Shown here: piece after piece, positions 36,867-49,089 of the stretch
Position numbering within the stretch: position 1 is the first letter of the stretch
How the letters are laid out: each line of letters opens with the position of its first letter
The notes under the pieces: generated by a model
Seen by the model: the letters and a program-made list of their open reading frames with translations, nothing else
Databases searched by the model: none
Told to the model about the DNA's origin: nothing
Position numbers and translations under genes: made by a program
From: Octopus sinensis
Taxonomy: Eukaryota
DNA length: 64,000 nt
Reading direction: 5' to 3'
Assembly: GCF_006345805.1 (NCBI RefSeq)
Contig: NC_043012.1
Location: 13,516,001 to 13,580,000 of the forward strand

Positions 36867-38830
36867 TTACTTACTTGTGTCGAAAGTTTTGGCTTCCTCG
36901 TTCTTTGATGTGTCTTCGAGGAGGGTTTTATACAGTTTTTGGGACAGATATTTCTGGAAACCCCCTACAGCATTTGGGAAGGGGGCTTTGAGTTTGTGGT
37001 GTTGTGTTTGTGTGATGTGTAGTATTTTGATGTGTTTGGGTGGTGTAGTGCGTGGATGATTGCTATTTTTAAAGTCATCTTCACAAATGTTTGTGTATCC
37101 TGTGATGTACTCCATTAGTTTGGAGTCTTTGGTGCCTATCGCTGATAGCATTGTTTTTGTGGTGTTGGTGCTTGTTTTGTTGTGTATTGAGTTTTCAGGG
37201 TTCAGGTATCTCCCTACTTTGGTTGCGATTTCTTGTTTGGTTTTTCTTGATCTTTTTCTGTTACCCCCTGTGGCTATTTGCCATTCTGTCGAACTTTCGT
37301 CGTTGGACGACGTGTCCGAATCAGAAGAGGGTAAAGGCAAAGCGTTTGGATCTATATGTGTGTTTGTAGAAGGTGTTGTTGTTTTGTGTGGTGTTTGTGT
37401 TGTTGGGGTGTTAGGGGCAGAATTTGTCTTTTCGTCATTGATATTTGTTTTTTTGGTTGTTGTTCTTGGTGCTGGTGTTGGTTTGTCTTTTGATGTTGGT
37501 GGTGATATTGCTTCTTTTGTTGGTTGCGATGTCGGAGGTAATTCTTTTCTTGGTGATGTGGTTGGTGAGGGGGAAACAGTTTTTGCATCGTCCGCTGTTT
37601 TTCCTGTCTTTTGGGTTGAAGGAGGTGTGGGTAGCAGGGGTTTCCTTCCAGGTTTGGGGAATGGTTGCTGTTGCCTATTTCTGACAGCAGTTGGGCACTC
37701 GTATCTAAGGTGTGCCTCACTGTTGCATAAATAGCATCTTGGTCTCCTGCTCTCCACCACTACATACAATTTTTGGTCGTTTGCCAGTTGAACAAAGGCT
37801 GGTAAATTGTTTATTACTTCTTGGGAGATTTGAAGAAATATTTCGAGTTTTTTACCCGTCCAGCTTTCCTCTGGAATGTCAGCTGTTTCTAAAATATCTG
37901 CTTCTTCTATATCGGAGCAGATGGCCGATACCAGCCACTGGGTATTCACCATGGGCGGCACATTATTTATTGTGACTTTCGTAATTCTGCGCCCCAGGTA
38001 GCTTGGTACCATTGTTATCTGGTCTGTGCGCAGAGTAAGGGTTGAAAACCTTTTTGCTAGTTCTTCCGTATGGAAGTGAACTTGCACGGTAGCAAATTTA
38101 CTTCCCCAATTCACATAATTTCGGGATTTCCACACGGAAGAGAGGCACTTTTCAATTTTTTCTTTAGGTAGGCTTTCCGGTCTTTTTGTTTTGGTGTTGA
38201 GTATTCTGTAAATGATGATCTTCTTTTGTGTTTCTTCTATGATGTTCCGTGGAATATGTAAATGTATTGTGTCGCCTTCTCTTGTGAGCAAGGACTTTGT
38301 GTCTTGTATTTGTTGGTGAGTAAATTTTAAGATCCTTCTTTTCGGTCGTATGGCTTCCGCGAAATTGTTTTTTGTGGTGGTGGTGGTGGTGGTGATGTTT
38401 GTGGCAGAGTTGTTCGTCGTAGTAGTAAACTGTGAAATCGGGTTGTTTACTAGTTTGTGAGTGGAGGTCGCGATGTCAGCGTTCGTGTTGTTTCCCCCCA
38501 TTTCCCCTGCTTTATGAGATTGTGGTAGAGGCAGTGTGGGGTACTCAACGTCGTCAAGGAGGGTGTCGGTGACCTTGGTTTTGTTGTTGTTGGTAGAGGA
38601 AGCAGTTGTCGTAGCAGAGGCTGCTATGGTGGTGGTGTCGGTGTTGATGGTGGTGACGGTGCTTGGCTTTACGACCTTTGTTTTATAGTTGTTGCTGTTG
38701 TCGATGCTGATGGTGGTGGTGGTGGTGGTGTTGTTGTCAGGTTCAGCGTATGCTAGCAGGGCATCCTGTTTTTTTTTGTTTCTGCGTCACGCTTGACTTG
38801 CAACTCAGCCTCGTGGTGACCAGTGGCCAT
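36867..38830 (-). CDS. Tx1-like ORF1 (gag-like nucleic-acid chaperone with CX2CX4HX4C knuckle); probable start at 38830 needs a 1-nt correction in an A9 run
   Basis: CYLCNSEAHLRYEC knuckle followed by a Pro/Thr/Lys-rich tail. The frame stays open upstream of the annotated ATG (38501) to 38786. The ATG at 38828-38830 joins it if the T9 run at 38769-38777 were T10. Confidence 0.8.
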
Positions 38831-39051
38831 TTTGGAAATAAAATGGCTAAATGGAACCACGAAGGCTATGAGAAATTTTCTTTTAAATTTTGCCCACAAG
38901 GGGCAAAATTTTGTGTAGATATTTATCAAAGGTTTACAGTGGATGTTGTTGCACAACTTTTAAACACAAAATATTTGTCAATATACACTTTTGAACGTAC
39001 AAAATTACCAACTTACGTGGAGCCCATTTGACTTGCGTCTGTCTGTCCAGA

Positions 39052-39052
39052 G

Positions 39053-39143
<91 letters not shown>
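39052..39143. repeat. (GATA)n array upstream of the Tx1-like element
   Basis: Same orientation as the 32765-33026 array; continues into GACA/GAGA low-complexity sequence. Confidence 0.95.
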
Positions 39144-42100
39144 GAAAGAGAGAGAAGGAGAGACAGACAGACATACAGACAGACAGTCGGAGCGACTGAG
39201 AGACAGGGAGAGACGGTGAGATAGATAGATAAACAGATAGATAGACAGACAGTTAGATAGATACTTGATAAAGAAACAGATACACAACTATAGGCATACA
39301 CATATGTACATACACACTATTAAACATCAAAGTGTACATATGTATGTGTGTGTAACCGTAGACATGGGTTCAGCCAAATGATACTTGCCAAAGCTCAATA
39401 AGCAAACTGTTAATTCATGGTCATACGAATCATCACCAACTTTATTGCGACACCTAGTCACAGATATCGATAGAAGATTTTCTAATTTATCCGCGGGCAG
39501 AAATACCTTTAACCTGACTCGTCTTATTCTAACGTGGCCTCGGGGAGGAGTAGTTCTATCGATGAACTTATGTATATGGAAGGCCCCTCCAAAACACACA
39601 ATGACACATGAATAACATCAAGAGAAAGAGCCTTCATTATACATATAAATTTACACTCATTTTCCTAGGATTTTCTTGGTGTTAAATAAATTGCATTTCC
39701 ATAAAACCCATATATACCATGAACCCATCTCTACCCCCACTTCACAATTGCGAGGACAAATACATCCCCTTAGCAAATATCAATTCAAACACAATCCACT
39801 AAAATAATGCGCAACTACAAAATGTTTAACTCACACCCCACTCTGTAAATTCAAAATACAACAACCTAATCTGTAGTATTTTTCGCAAATATAATTTGCG
39901 AAAACAAAAATGTCTGCGAGCAGATTATGCATCGCCCCTCCGAAGTTTTTTTTTCATTTATAACTGCAGTCATGTATAAAGAAAAGACATGTACGGTGTA
40001 TAGCAACGAAATATAATTCAATCAAGAATTGTGTTTTTTACTCCGTGTTGAAATGTCGTTATTGAATAATTAGTGCGTGATATTTTTTATCATCGTCGAA
40101 ACTCCATTAGATGATAACTGGATTGGGATAACTAGATATTAATTAAATACCTTTTCAATTTTAGTCAGTGGTACGTGTATTTATGGTTGGAGAATGTTTA
40201 AAGTGACTGTAACGTGGCTTTAGAAAATATTTAAAATAAAATACAGCTGTCAAGGGAAATATTAATTATGTAGTAACCTTGTTAGTCTGGGAATTTTTTC
40301 ACTATCCTTCTAATTCAGCATAGATTTATCAAGCTGCAAAACGGGATGTAATACGGGGATATCTCAAGATATTATATTTATATTAAGATATGTTTTAAAT
40401 ATAAATCGTAAAAATTTAACTGTAATGCGTTACTATATTTGATATACCAGACATTAACTGACCACTTTGGGTTCACACGCCGTGTGAATGGTATGGGGAC
40501 TAACGAAAAATACTCCTATCGCTTTATGTGGCACGTCAATAAAATAAAATAATTTTATAGTATAATAATTTCATCATTTACATTTTTTAAAAGACTTTTA
40601 ATGTACTTGACGATCTGAAACACTTAGTACTATATTCTAAATCGGTTGGAACGGCTAGTTATTGTCTCGTAATTTATTTTATCAAAATGGGAGGGATTAA
40701 AGGCAAAGTTTACATCGGCAAGATTTGAACGTAGCATGTAAAGAGTAGCAATTAATAACGCAAGTATTTAATTTTCCGTTATTCCATTGAACCTGGCAGC
40801 TCACCGACTCTTATGTATGTAAATAATGGGAAGCCTGTTACTTGACATTTTCTGATCTGAAGTACTCATAAAATTATAGCAAACTTGATTGCCTGTTTAT
40901 CATATGCTTGCGAAGGGGTACTTCTTTTCTGTAAAACCCTTAAAAGGCATTATTGCAATTTTGCACATGTATAAGTGACGCAAAGGCATTTTTGAAATTA
41001 TCTGGAACTACAAATATAATCAGCCGGGGTATAAAATTATTGCTATATTTTGCAATTTGCAAAAAAAATGTGTTAGAGTTCGCACAATACTGTTGTACAA
41101 TAATGCATAGTTGTAAATTATATAATGGTATATTTTGCGCAATAGTATTCTGGTGCATCAAAGAATTAAAATGATGTAACATAGTCACAATATATGATAT
41201 AATTCAATGTGAAAATTCGTCTGTCATAATATGATCTAAAATAGAAGTTTATAGTTCGTTTATATTTTTATATTAAAGCTGATGTTTCCATAAAACTCAA
41301 TTCATAAAACATTTATATTTTCAATTTAACCAATGAATATGAAATATACTTTCGTCTTTCAAAATATAACCTGAATACAATGATTCTTTATTACACTGAA
41401 AGAATTGTCGTCATTCGACTTTCCCGGATGTCGTCTGGATGAAGTTATATATTATAAATGCTAAGTTATTTGACAATGAATAAGTTTTTTGTTGAAAAAA
41501 GAAAATTAATATGTCACAATTCGAACAAAGATATCATATTTCAGACACTTTGCACACAGAGAAAATACAATATGTGTGGCTAGCACTAACAGAAACATAC
41601 CTGAACCCAAAACATGCTCGATAATGCAGCAAATAGGCCACGTCGTGTTCTACACAGGATTGATTCCAGGATACAAAAACAATGAGGAATAGCGCCCTTA
41701 ATCTGTGAAGGTCCAGCAACAAATGTTCTCCTTTCCTACCCTAACATAATGCTCAATACATCAATAACACTTATGATTTATCTCACAAACATACTAACAC
41801 ACACAAATACTACAGGTATTTGTTCTTTTGAGGGGTATATGTATGCAATATTACTACGGTGTGGCTTTGATTATTATGCCATTACTGTTGACACAGACTT
41901 AATAATTTAATCACTAGTTCCTTGCTGCACTCTATTTATATAGCCAGAAATAATATTTGCATTATTTATTCATTAATATTTACTTGCTTGCAATGGAATA
42001 GTGCCAGGGTAAGGTGTTCTTTGAATAACTGAATAAAATTGTTCGAAATAATCATCTAAGCAAAGAAAATTCAAATTAAAAGTTGCACAATGAAGACGTC

Positions 42101-43619
42101 TTCATATGAATAAAATTCCCTTATTTTGTTTGAAAATTTAATATGAATAAAGCCTGTTAGTGTTATGAATTTATATAATCTAGCATTTGGAAAACAAAGT
42201 AACAGCCATAATGCATTAATAGCAAAAACGCGTGCCAAATAATCCGTTGAAAATGTGAATACACCCAGAGGCTATCTTAAAATTATATTGTTAGATAATG
42301 TGTCAATATACGTTTAGTATCATTATCTATTATTCACTTCACAGACATAAGTTTTTAAAACAGGCTCGGGTTTTATAAAACTATAAGAATAATTCTTATA
42401 GTTTTCTGTTTGTATCAAAACGTCTCCTTTAAAGGTTTGGAAATATTTATTGTAATTTAGCTTTTCAAAATGGAACATGATCAAAATTATTAACAAACTT
42501 GTTCAAACATATTCCTCAACCTATTCTTTATATGTTATCAATATAAGTATAAATCTTTCTTGGTACAAGCTTATTTCACTCTGATGCCCAAAACTAACAC
42601 TAGAATAACGAACATACATAAATCAAAATATAGATACGATGTATCTTCTCTGATTGAAAGAGAAAATGGAAATTGGAACATAGCCAGTAACACATTGAAC
42701 GGGCATTCTATGATACTCTGATAATAAATTACAGTAATGGTTACGACTTATCATCACGGTCAAAGTTGACATCTTTACGGCAAAGTAAGATTAAAGCAGA
42801 AATAAATAGTAACTAGTGTTACATTTATTCCCATCGAATTTTCCGATGATTTATACTTTTGTTTGTTGAGAAATAGCTTTTACCTTGAAGGAGAAGTTAA
42901 AAGCCGTTTTCAGAATGTCATTTTACATTTAAATCCCTATTGATTTTACAATTAGAGTTCACGAAGTTTTCTTCAACATATAACCAATTCTAGCAAATAT
43001 TAGTTATTTGCTCTCGAACATTGTTCTACTCCGTTATGTGACGAAACAACATAGCATTTCGTTCAACAACTTCAATGTGACACAGTACAAATGCATAATG
43101 TTTAATCTTACGCAAATCTGTCTATATCATTAATTCTCATAGTTCCCTCATATTATGAACGGTATTTAGGTGTCAGATATTTACATTTGCAAATATAAAT
43201 TTTTCTATCATTATTTCAATGTGAGAAGCTTTCATGTCTACACTATTTAAAAGTCACATAAAATCAAATAAAATGAAATTTAATAAACTGGAGGATACAA
43301 TGGAGGATACCTGAGAGATAATGGGTATTACAATTACAAGATATCTCTCGAGATATAATACAAACTAGAAATTTTCATGTCAGATCCAAGCTTTTATGGT
43401 AAAAGTTAATTTCATCTGGTAATGTCAAAATCAAGTTTAATCATATTATTATTCTGCCTGTTCCTTCCTTAGTTACTTAGTCTGTGAGTTATGTTCTTCA
43501 TATAATATATAGAAAAATGTTCGTTGTTACTTTTACTTTTCGATACAGATGACGGACAGAGAGGTAGTGAGATAGAAATAGTCAGGGTGAAAAGAAGACG
43601 AAGAGAGTGTGGTGATAGA

Positions 43620-43662
<43 letters not shown>

Positions 43663-43986
43663 GGAAGACACGTATATAGTTAAATACATAGACACATTGT
43701 TAATTCAAAGAGAAATCACCAGAGTAAATTTTCAAGAGAGAGAGAGACTGGTGATAGCTCGATTTTTAAAGCATACGTTGACATCATCAGCTTTTGAACC
43801 ATCCGAGATACCTGGCAACATTTGACAAAAATCTCCAGCAAGAACTGTTACTCCTCCCGTGGGCGTTCAATTGTTTCGTTCTTATATGTCTTTTTGGGGT
43901 ACGATTAAGTACCACTGGGGCTCCGCGACGTGACAGTGCGCTCATCCGAAACAATCAGTTAAGTTTGTCGGAGAGTTTTTTTTTTT

Positions 43987-44415
43987 AGAAATGCTGCACA
44001 TTTGAGATTCTTTTATTGCAAGGTTTAGAGAGAGCTTGAACATGGAATGAGCCGTTCTTCCATCTTCAAGGAAGGTAGCTGCAATACCAGTTGATACAAC
44101 ACTGGAAGAAAGTTAGATTTTATTTCCTACCATTTAGTGTTGCAGATGAAAGAGAACAAAATATCTCGTTTTCCGTATGTCCTGACATATGCCATAGCAT
44201 CTTGTGTTTGTTCGCGCATATATTGAGGACCACCTGTGAACCATAAAGGGAGGATTATACGTTGCTGCATGTTTTGAATATCACTATCTATCATCATAGC
44301 ATCTTGGAGACGAATATAAGTTTTAGTCCTAAACTATTTTTGATTTTTACGAATGTAGAGAAGATGCTGTCTCTCGGTTTTAGCATCTATATCAACAAGG
44401 TATTGCTGAAATAAA
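43987..44415 (-). mobile_element. Helitron relic: Rep-side and helicase motifs fused by internal deletion
   Basis: LFQQYLVDIDAKTERQHLLYIRKNQK, ILPLWFTGGPQYMREQTQDAMAYVRTYGKRDILFSFICNTKW, then directly VSTGIAATFLEDGRTAHSMFKL. Confidence 0.82.
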
Positions 44416-45429
44416 ACACGATACACGTGAAACTGATTCGATTGTTCTGGCCTTAACATCAGTTTGTAAGTATAGAAGACATTTAATGACACATTTTTCT
44501 TTGTAATTAGCTATCATGTTGCAGGTTCAATCATACACATGTAGAAATTTCTAAACGAAATATCCCACTGTTGGAAATTCAACAATTTAGCAAAAAAATA
44601 TTATGCCTCATCACTGTCACAAAGAACAAAAAGTCAACATTTATTTGGAACATGTAGTGAAATTTCATAAAATTCAGTATTAAATGTCACGGTGAAGAAA
44701 TTATAGCTCCAAGAAAATTCACAAGGCATAATAAAATTTTCTATTAAAAAAACCAATTTATTTTACAATTTTTAAACGAACGTTGAACAAAATGTGTACA
44801 AAGGAATATGTTGCTGTGAACGTTAATTCATTTAAAACATTTGCTGGAGGATTTATGTAGCACAATATAGATTAATTCTACATCGTTTAATATGTATTTT
44901 AACTCTGTAAGATTATTGTCTGTAGAAGAAATACTGACTAACGGAGTGAAAAGGTTGCGCGGCGTTTAATACTAATACTGTTAATCAGTATATTATGAAT
45001 AAGATGAGGATGCTCGAAGTGTTAAAATGCATTATCTTCTAACTGGTTATAAGGACTGGAATAACATTTCTGTAATTATATTGAAAGAGCCTCCAAGGAC
45101 TTCTACTTCGTCAAGTTCCTGAATTTGCTATACTAACCAGAATATTTTTTTTTAAGCAAATTTGTAAATGAAAATAAAGCTTATTTGGTAGCCAAAACAT
45201 TACCCGATACGTCAAAATCGGCAACTAATCTTTCGTATGCATAAGGAAAATACGCACACACACACGCAAACTCTGCTTTATATATATATATATAAGATTA
45301 ATCAGCCGAAATTGCGAAGATGATCCGGTCCTTGACTGAAGATTGAAGGGTTCGAATGTCCCGTCCGCTTTTTGTATCGTCTTCTAAATGTTTCACGTTC
45401 TTGTCCCAGTGTGTATTTTTTTTACATTT

Positions 45430-45465
<36 letters not shown>

Positions 45466-45997
45466 GTGTGTGTGTGGTGTGTGTGTGTGTGTGTATGTGT
45501 GTGTGAGTGTGTGTGTGTCTATACATAATGTTACACACGCAATTATATGCATGAGTATGTATGTATATATATACATATAGAATGTGTATGAATGTGTGTG
45601 CGTGCGTGTGTGTTGATGAAGGTTGGTGTTTGTGTGTGAGTTTGTGTGTGTTTGTGTGATTGTGTGCGTGTGTGTGTAACACTGTAGTAGAATATTTAGA
45701 TTCAGGGAATAAAATGGCATTCACAGTCAGCTGTCTGCGTGGAAACGGCTATCTGATTAAGTAGTGACCGATTAACGTGTATTACAATGTAATACGTCAG
45801 TTCAACAGAAAATTTAGGAAACCCAACAAATAAATCTTTTCGTGAACATCAAAAGAAAATCATAAACTCTGAAAGTGTAAAAAACGTAAACGAATTGATT
45901 TCTACTACATGGCTGACATACGAATACAGCCATTTCTTAACCTTCATTTACCACAGTTCTATATTTGAGAGATATTTGTTGTCATCTTGTTTGATGT

Positions 45998-46045
45998 TAA
46001 CACAACGTTTTGGCTGAGATACTCCCCGGCTTTCATCAGGTGCCT
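45998..46045 (-). ncRNA. Degenerate type I minimal hammerhead-ribozyme-like motif (Penelope-type)
   Basis: Minus strand GGCAC-CUGAUGA-(stem II hairpin)-AAAA-CGU-U-GUGUU. Stem I and the ACGU stem III are recognisable, but G12 is mutated to A. Confidence 0.5.
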
Positions 46046-46133
46046 TGGGGAAATTTCGAACCCTGGGTTCTCATTCCTAAGGTATATTTGGATGTTTGTT
46101 GTTATTACTATTACTATTATTATTATTATTATT

Positions 46134-46548
46134 TCCATTTCTTGCCGAGTGTCTTCCCGAATCCTAGGGCAAAGAAACTCATAGTATACATTAGTAGGTC
46201 ATTAAACTAAACTCAATAGTTCGTTCATTTCTTTTTTTTAAGGTAAATTAAAATACATGGGTAGTAATAGTTCTCACAGCGACAATGCTCAATACGTGTG
46301 ATGTACCAGTTAAGACAATCTTTTGCACTTCTTGCAGGGATGGTAGGCCAGGGATCATTCTCATATAATTTTGCGGTTCCCTTCTTGATCATTCCTAGTG
46401 CTCCTACGATCACTGGTATTGTAACCGCCTTGAGATGTCACATTTTCTCAATTTCAATGAGCAGGTCTTTATATTTTCTGAGCTTGTCAAACTCTTTCGC
46501 CGAGATATTATGATCACAGGGGATGCACATGTCGATCAATAAGCAAAC

Positions 46549-46551
<3 letters not shown>
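46134..46551 (-). mobile_element. 5'-truncated R4/Dong-type (restriction-like endonuclease) non-LTR retrotransposon
   Basis: LIDMCIPCDHNISAKEFDKLRKYKDLLIEIEKM*HLKAVTIPVIVGALGMIKKG...IPGLPSLQEVQKIVLTGTSHVL is the RLE C-terminus. A short 3' UTR follows, and (TAA)n lies on both sides. Confidence 0.8.
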
Positions 46552-46590
<39 letters not shown>

Positions 46591-46706
46591 TGGTGTTACG
46601 TCACATGCATAAATATTGTTTGGAGCGAATAGTGACTGGTGACGGACAAGGAACAGGTTCTCCATAAAAATGTCAAGTGCCGTATGTGTGTGTGTATGTG
46701 TGTGTG

Positions 46707-46880
46707 CTGGGTGGGGCACCGCTTTGAACAGTTTTAGTGAAACAAATCGACCCCCTGAATTATTTTCTTTAATTCCTTTGCTTAGTACTTATTCCATCGG
46801 TTTACTACTCTATCGGGGGCGACAGAAACACACCAGCATCCATTGTCAAGAGGCGGTGGTAAACACAGAAAGACACAAAG
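46707..46880 (-). mobile_element. SINE 3' body fragment (same family as 61255-61500)
   Basis: Reverse complement aligns with cttgacaaccgatgctggtgtgttt...gatagaataagtact...ggggtcgattt at 61330-61445. Confidence 0.7.
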
Positions 46881-46944
46881 AAGCCCCCCCATATAGATAC
46901 ATATATATATATATACATGTATATATATATATATATATACATGG

Positions 46945-46975
<31 letters not shown>

Positions 46976-47267
46976 TTTGAGGGAATATTAATCCTAACTT
47001 ACAGGGAAAAAAATTAATTTAGAAACACTAAATCAAATTTCACACAATATAATATATATAAAAATTAGAAAAAACACCTTTTATCAAGTTAAAATGAACA
47101 ATTAAATTACACCATCTAGAAAATTACATATAATAGAAATATTGAAATTAACATAACATTACTTAGATAAACTTAGATAAGCTTAGATATGTTTCGACCA
47201 AAGATTGGTCCAGGCCATGTCTAACTTAATAGCACCACCTGATAGGATTATTGGAATCCTGTTTAAG

Positions 47268-47965
47268 TCAAGTTTTGTTTATGGTCCATTCAAGTAGTGA
47301 GTTTTTGTTGGGTGAGTTGTATCCAATTATGGGTGGCTTATCTGGTATTCTTTGAAGGAATCTATCCAGACTCCGTTTAAAGTTGATGGGATCTTTTTCC
47401 TCTTTGATCTCTTTCGGGACAATGTTAAATAGGGCAGGGCCTGTTGAGGAAAAGAAATTATGTTGCAGTGTACATTTATGCTGTGATCTTGAATTGGGCA
47501 GGGGGCGTATGGTCCGTGGTCCCAGTCTTGGATGAACCTTGAAGCTAATGTTCAGGTCGTTTGGGCAAAGTTGGCGGTATATTTTCCACATCGTACACAT
47601 GATGTACCGCTCACGGCGACGCTGGAGAGAGTAGAGTTTCAAGGCTTTAAGGCGATTCCAATAATCGAGAGCAGCCATGCCTTCAATTCGTTTAGTGAGT
47701 GCTCTCTGGGGTGATTCAATTCTGGAGATGTTTTGTCTTGTATGGGGAGAACCACAGTGGGCAGCAGTATTCGAAGTGTAGCCGTAGAAAGGAGGAGAAA
47801 AGTGGTATGATGACACCTTATTCTCTGGACCGGAAAGATCTTAAGATCCAGGAGCTCATCCTACGAGCTATATAGACCTTCTTGTTGGTGTGTGCACTCC
47901 AACTGAGATCGTCATCAACAATTACACCCAGGTCTCTGATATTGTTAGAGGCTGTGAGCGGTACC
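47268..47965 (-). mobile_element. CR1-clade LINE 3' fragment
   Basis: IRDLGVIVDDDLSWSAH, FEYCCPLW, IESPQRALTKRI, LDYWNRLKALKLYSLQRRRERY, GPALFNIVPKEI, FKRSLDRFL. Confidence 0.88.
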
Positions 47966-48000
47966 AATGATTAAGTAAATTGCAAAAGAAATAATATATT

Positions 48001-48247
48001 TGTACGATGTGGAAAATATACCGCCAACTTTGCCCAAACGACCTGAACATTAGCTTCAAGGTTCATCCAAGACTGGGACCACGGACCATACGTCCCCTGC
48101 CCAATTCAAGATCACAGCATAAATGTACACTGCAACATAATTTCTTTTCCTCAACAGGCCCTCCCCTATTTAACATTGTCCCGAAAGAGATCAAAGAGGA
48201 AAAAGATCCCATCAACTTTAAACGGAGTCTGGATAGATTCCTTCAAA
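48001..48247 (+). repeat. Inverted duplicate of 47351-47597 (CR1 fragment)
   Basis: 247 bp, two mismatches seen by eye. Confidence 0.9.
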
Positions 48248-48380
48248 TAATAAAAACGTATATAATAGGTAGAATAACGACACGTGTTTCGTAGCAATAT
48301 TTAAGAATTGTTTATAGTAAAAAAATTAATAATAAAATCACTTCGATATAAATATAGCCACTCATCAGGTTTTTTTCTAA

Positions 48381-48482
<102 letters not shown>

Positions 48483-48571
48483 ATATATATAGGAAAAAAG
48501 CAACAAGAATGGATTAAAATCTCGGTATGATCGTTTCGTACGAGGACATCTTTAATAAGCTACAAAAAATG

Positions 48572-48759
48572 CAGTGAATACAGATGGCTCGTACTCGTCA
48601 GCCGAAAAAACATCAGAGAATTCCCAAACATCAAAAGGGGTAGATACAAAAGAGGTTGTAAGATTAGCTGCATTGAAGAAAGTTCATCTACCCCTTTTGA
48701 TGTTTGGGAATACTCTGATGTTTTTTCGGCTGACGAGTACGAGCCATCTGTATTCACTG
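48572..48759. repeat. Inverted repeat with 74-bp arms (73/74 matched) and a 40-nt spacer
   Basis: Arms at 48572-48645 and 48686-48759. Confidence 0.92.
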
Positions 48760-49089
48760 AGAACTTTGGATGCGGTAATTCAGCCGTTCATTGGATCCTG
48801 CGTGCCATCGGAAAAGACAGGTAATTGGGCTAATGAGTTCCTCTCAAACTTTCCGAATCATATCACGTGCAGAGCGTGAATGTGTGCTCTTCTCTGGTTC
48901 TCTGCTGTCATGAACATTTTTTGGACTGAATAGGAACTGCTGACGAGAAAATGGTGCTCTGTAAAAATGTCAAGCGCCGTACACAGGGAAGGGAAAAAGT
49001 GAAACACCGCCACCACGCCCTAGGTTAAATGTCTTCCCTACGTAAGGTGCTGTTATCTGGTGAGAAATGAAAGGTTTATTCAACTTTGA

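Larger units (their letters stand above)
33027..38830 (-). mobile_element. Near-full-length Tx1/L1-clade non-LTR retrotransposon (5' boundary uncertain, between 38830 and about 39051)
   Basis: Two tandem ORFs (ORF1 with a CCHC knuckle; ORF2 with APE, RT and a C-terminal CCHC), 50-nt spacer, U-rich 3' UTR, AATAAA at 33033-33038, GC-rich relative to the flanks. Confidence 0.93.

Noticed and set aside
37060-37975. + strand ORFs (224, 87, 79, 72 aa) over the retrotransposon, and 35132-36364 + strand ORFs
   Set aside because: Antisense to Tx1 ORF1/ORF2; low-complexity, GC-rich frames stay open by chance.
47175-47235. GACCAA/UUGGUC hairpin followed by GAAAC on the minus strand; also a half motif at 45295-45350
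   Set aside because: The CUGANGA strand is missing or unrecognisable, so a hammerhead cannot be supported.
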